Assembly: GCA_018716295.1 (NCBI GenBank)
Contig: DVKC01000025.1
Location: 10,576-74,575, forward strand
Length of the DNA: 64,000 bases
Source of the DNA: Candidatus Avimuribaculum pullicola
Lineage (GTDB): Bacteria > Bacteroidota > Bacteroidia > Bacteroidales > Muribaculaceae
Reading direction: 5' to 3'
A program made the translations under genes and the position numbers. This document shows, piece after piece, positions 61,186 through 64,000 of this stretch. How positions within the stretch are numbered: position 1 is the first letter of the stretch; every line of letters starts with the position of its first letter. The notes below the pieces were generated by a model, which saw nothing but the letters and a program-made list of their open reading frames with translations, was not told where the DNA came from and ran no database searches.

Positions 61186-62652
61186 ATGGATAGAGATTAT
61201 AATCCCCAAAGTGCCCAGTCGATTTTTCATTTCAGCTATGGCTTATTGCATAAATCCTTAGCTGAAGCTGTCATGGCTATAGATCCAAATATAAATTTGG
61301 AAAATATTGCAAATAAGGGCAAAGGCGGCTTGGGACAGCTCGTTGAAAAATATTTTTATGGTTACGACCTAAATAGCAATCCGGAAGCTGATTTTCCGGA
61401 AGCTGGCGTAGAATTGAAAACAACTCCGTTGAAAAAAAATGTCAAGGGCGAATTCTTGATTAAGGAAAGATTGGTTTGTGATATGATTGATTTTTGTGAA
61501 ATAGTCAATGTGTCTTTTGAAGAATCAGCTTTTTACAAGAAATGCGTCTTAATGTTAATCCTTTTTTATCTCCATGCACAAGGGAAGAGTTTGCATGAAT
61601 TGGAATTCCTTTTCAGCGTATTATGGAAATTAAAGGACAAGGATCTCTTAATCATAAAGCATGATTATGAAATAATAGTGGGTAAAATTAAAGCAGGAAA
61701 GGCTCACGAACTTTCTGAAGGAGATACAATGTATTTGGGTGCTTGCCGAAAAGGCCAAAAAGGTGATGCACTTCGTAGACAGCCATTTAGCGATATTTGT
61801 GCACCTAAACGAGCTTTCGCACTAAAGCCTGCTTATATGCGTACCATTCTTGAGTTTATTCTTGCCAGTGGGAAAGATATGGCAACCAATACAGATATTC
61901 CGACATTGGAAGAAATGGAATTGGTTTCAAAAGAGGAATTGGAAACCTCTTCTTTTGAAGATATTCTTATAAGTAGGATTATGAAGTTCAAAGGACTTGA
62001 TTATAAGCAAATAGCAAAAAGTCTTGATTTGGAAATATCGTCGGGCGACAAGAGTCGCTATGCGAGGACTGTCAAAGAGGTGTTATTGAAAGGACTTAAA
62101 GATTTTGAAGATGCTGAAGAGTTCCGTAAAGCTGGTATTATTGTAAAAACGGTGCGTGTTGAAACGAATGGAAACATAAAAGAAAGTATGTCTTTTGAAA
62201 ACATTGACTATGACGAGGTTTTGGAGGTGGAAGAATGGACTGAGTCAAGATGGTATGAAATTGTGACTTCGCGCTTTATGTTTGTTGTTTTTCGGGCAAT
62301 AAGTTCAAATTTGCATGAGTGGCGTAATGAAACTCGATACGTCTTGGATAAAGTTATTTTTTGGACAATGCCTGTGGAAGATTTAAGCAATGCAGAGATG
62401 TATTGGGAAAACATTCGCATGAATGTTTTGTCAGATACATTGCAAGATGCTGATAATTCTTTTTGGAAGTTAGCTGATAATCGAGACTTCCATGTACGTC
62501 CTAAAGCGCAGACGAGCAAAGACAAGTATCTCAGCCCAATAAGCAACAAAGAAATTCCAAAGAAAGCTTATTGGTTCAATCGTGGATATGTTAAAAAGAT
62601 ACTCCAACGTGCATACGGGACTGAATGGGGAAAAATATTTGAAAATCATTGA
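61186..62652 (+). CDS. Sau3AI/MutH-family type II restriction endonuclease
   Basis: 488 aa. The N-terminal block GGLGQLVEKYFYG...DFPEAGVELKTTPLKK...KERLV matches the MutH/Sau3AI D..E.K nuclease core. The length resembles R.Sau3AI, which has a duplicated MutH-like fold. Confidence 0.75.
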   Translation: MDRDYNPQSAQSIFHFSYGLLHKSLAEAVMAIDPNINLENIANKGKGGLGQLVEKYFYGYDLNSNPEADFPEAGVELKTTPLKKNVKGEFLIKERLVCDMIDFCEIVNVSFEESAFYKKCVLMLILFYLHAQGKSLHELEFLFSVLWKLKDKDLLIIKHDYEIIVGKIKAGKAHELSEGDTMYLGACRKGQKGDALRRQPFSDICAPKRAFALKPAYMRTILEFILASGKDMATNTDIPTLEEMELVSKEELETSSFEDILISRIMKFKGLDYKQIAKSLDLEISSGDKSRYARTVKEVLLKGLKDFEDAEEFRKAGIIVKTVRVETNGNIKESMSFENIDYDEVLEVEEWTESRWYEIVTSRFMFVVFRAISSNLHEWRNETRYVLDKVIFWTMPVEDLSNAEMYWENIRMNVLSDTLQDADNSFWKLADNRDFHVRPKAQTSKDKYLSPISNKEIPKKAYWFNRGYVKKILQRAYGTEWGKIFENH

Positions 62653-62653
62653 T

Positions 62654-64000
62654 ATGAATAAATACGCAGATATTAAGGAAGATACTGCTCATTTGCAAGT
62701 TTGTGAGCCCATCGCTGATTACTGTAGGGCTACTCACGTCCAGACTCAGCAGCATCTACCATTCTTCGAGAGTGTGGATGCTAAAGGAACGAATGGGAAT
62801 GAAATAAAGGTAGTAGAACTTTTTGCTGGTGTCGGAGGTTTCAGGTTAGGACTTGAAAGGGCTTCGGAGCGATATAAGACTATTTGGAGCAATCAATGGG
62901 AGCCTTCTACTAAAAAGCAGGATGCGTCTATTATATATTGTAAGCGATTTGGCTCTGAGGGACATAGCAACGTTGACATAGCGACGGTACCCACCGATGC
63001 TATCCCCCAGCATGATTTAATGGTAGGTGGATTTCCGTGCCAAGACTATTCGGTGGCAACGACATTGAAACACTCAGGGGGAATTGAAGGGAAAAAAGGG
63101 GTTCTTTGGTGGCAGATATATCGTATCATTGCAGAAAGTCACGAAAAGCCCAAATACTTGTTTTTTGAAAATGTAGATAGATTATTGAAGTCGCCAGCTT
63201 CGCAACGTGGACGTGATTTTGCACTTATTTTAGCCTCTCTTAGCGATTTGGGGTATGTTGTGGAGTGGCGTGTTATTAATGCTGCCGAATATGGTATGCC
63301 GCAGCGCAGACGTAGGACTTACATTTTGGCATATAGAACAAACACAGCAGTTGCCCATAGCATCAAAGATGCAGAAGAATGGTTATTTTTAAAGGGTACT
63401 ATTGCAACAGCGTTCCCTGTATCTCATAAAGAAAAAGCAGAGGTTTCCACTTTCAAAATTTGTGGCACATTGGATGAAATCTCTGCCAATTTCAATACTG
63501 ATAAAATGAAAGTCGTATTTGAGAACGCAGGAATTATGATAAATCGCCAAGTTACTACTGCGGCAACGGTTGCTCGCTATGAAGGCGAGCATTTATTGTT
63601 AGGACAACTTATTTTGCCTGAAAATAAAGTGCCTGATACTTTTTTTATTCCTAAGGAAGACTTGCCCAAATGGAAATACTTGAAAGGGGGTAAACACGAA
63701 ATAAGGGTAAGTGCCGACGGTTACGAATACAAATATTCGGAAGGTAGCATGGCTTTCCCAGATGCATTAGACAAACCTTCTCGGACTATAATAACTGGTG
63801 AAGGTGGAAGTGGCCCGTCAAGATTTAAGCATGTGATACAGACTGCGAGCGGGCGTTACCGACGGCTTACTCCTGTTGAATTGGAACGTTTGAATATGTT
63901 TCCCGACCGGCATACCGAGGGGGCTTCGGATTCAAGGCGAGCTTTCTTGATGGGCAATGCGCTCGTTACCGGGATAGTGGAAAAAATAGGTATGGCTCTA
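62654..64000 (+). CDS. DNA (cytosine-5)-methyltransferase, 3' end beyond window
   Basis: Hand-translated, with no stop before the window end. Motif I ELFAGVGGFRLGL, IV GGFPCQDYS, VI FFENVDRLL, VIII MPQRRRRTYILAY and X LMGNALV. The ATG lies 2 nt after the endonuclease stop. Absent from the ORF track. Confidence 0.9.
   Translation, partial: MNKYADIKEDTAHLQVCEPIADYCRATHVQTQQHLPFFESVDAKGTNGNEIKVVELFAGVGGFRLGLERASERYKTIWSNQWEPSTKKQDASIIYCKRFGSEGHSNVDIATVPTDAIPQHDLMVGGFPCQDYSVATTLKHSGGIEGKKGVLWWQIYRIIAESHEKPKYLFFENVDRLLKSPASQRGRDFALILASLSDLGYVVEWRVINAAEYGMPQRRRRTYILAYRTNTAVAHSIKDAEEWLFLKGTIATAFPVSHKEKAEVSTFKICGTLDEISANFNTDKMKVVFENAGIMINRQVTTAATVARYEGEHLLLGQLILPENKVPDTFFIPKEDLPKWKYLKGGKHEIRVSADGYEYKYSEGSMAFPDALDKPSRTIITGEGGSGPSRFKHVIQTASGRYRRLTPVELERLNMFPDRHTEGASDSRRAFLMGNALVTGIVEKIGMAL

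Noticed and set aside
60950-61186. N-terminal 79-aa extension of the third GH92 ORF, overlapping the start of the restriction endonuclease gene
   Set aside because: The extension crosses a -7 promoter box and a terminator-like hairpin and lacks a signal peptide. The internal ATG at 60949 gives a canonical signal peptide. The same logic trimmed the ORFs at 6514, 10720, 33375, 38585 and 56407.

Overview
This window reads as a Bacteroidales (Bacteroidota) chromosome. Many starts have a TAnnTTTG-type -7 box 15-35 nt upstream. Shine-Dalgarno sites are absent, lipoprotein-type signal peptides are common, and glycoside hydrolases are abundant. The backbone holds grpE-dnaJ, a UvrD-family helicase, nspC, a TonB-dependent receptor, NfeD, kdsB/kdsC, maf, yjbQ, enolase, mgtE and rsmA. 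It also holds an ilvD-ilvB-ilvN-(acyl-ACP thioesterase)-ilvC operon and two blocks of host-glycan-type enzymes (GH29, GH2, 2x GH20, sulfatase, GH84, 3x GH92). The best candidate for an undescribed system is a compact, AT-rich, translationally coupled three-gene operon (34159-35913). It has its own promoter and terminator, abuts the 3' end of tRNA-Ser(GGA), and encodes no protein I can assign to a family. Other notable items: (1) a steroid 5-alpha-reductase / Old-Yellow-Enzyme flavoreductase / SDR operon (31173-33977) that resembles the gut bile-acid allo/isoallo pathway; (2) an orphan phage terminase-large-subunit-like gene with host-like composition (14212-16095); (3) a 32-codon Ile/Leu/Val-rich leader ORF plus attenuator upstream of ilvD, too short for the ORF track; (4) an AT-rich Walker ATPase insertion preceded by four ~52-bp tandem repeats; (5) a perfect 42-bp inverted repeat after ilvC; (6) three tandem YbjN-like paralogues with duplicated leaders; (7) a Sau3AI/MutH-like endonuclease with a C5 cytosine methyltransferase that runs off the window end and is absent from the ORF track. 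All family assignments come from motif reading and memory, with no searches run. Composition statements are by eye.
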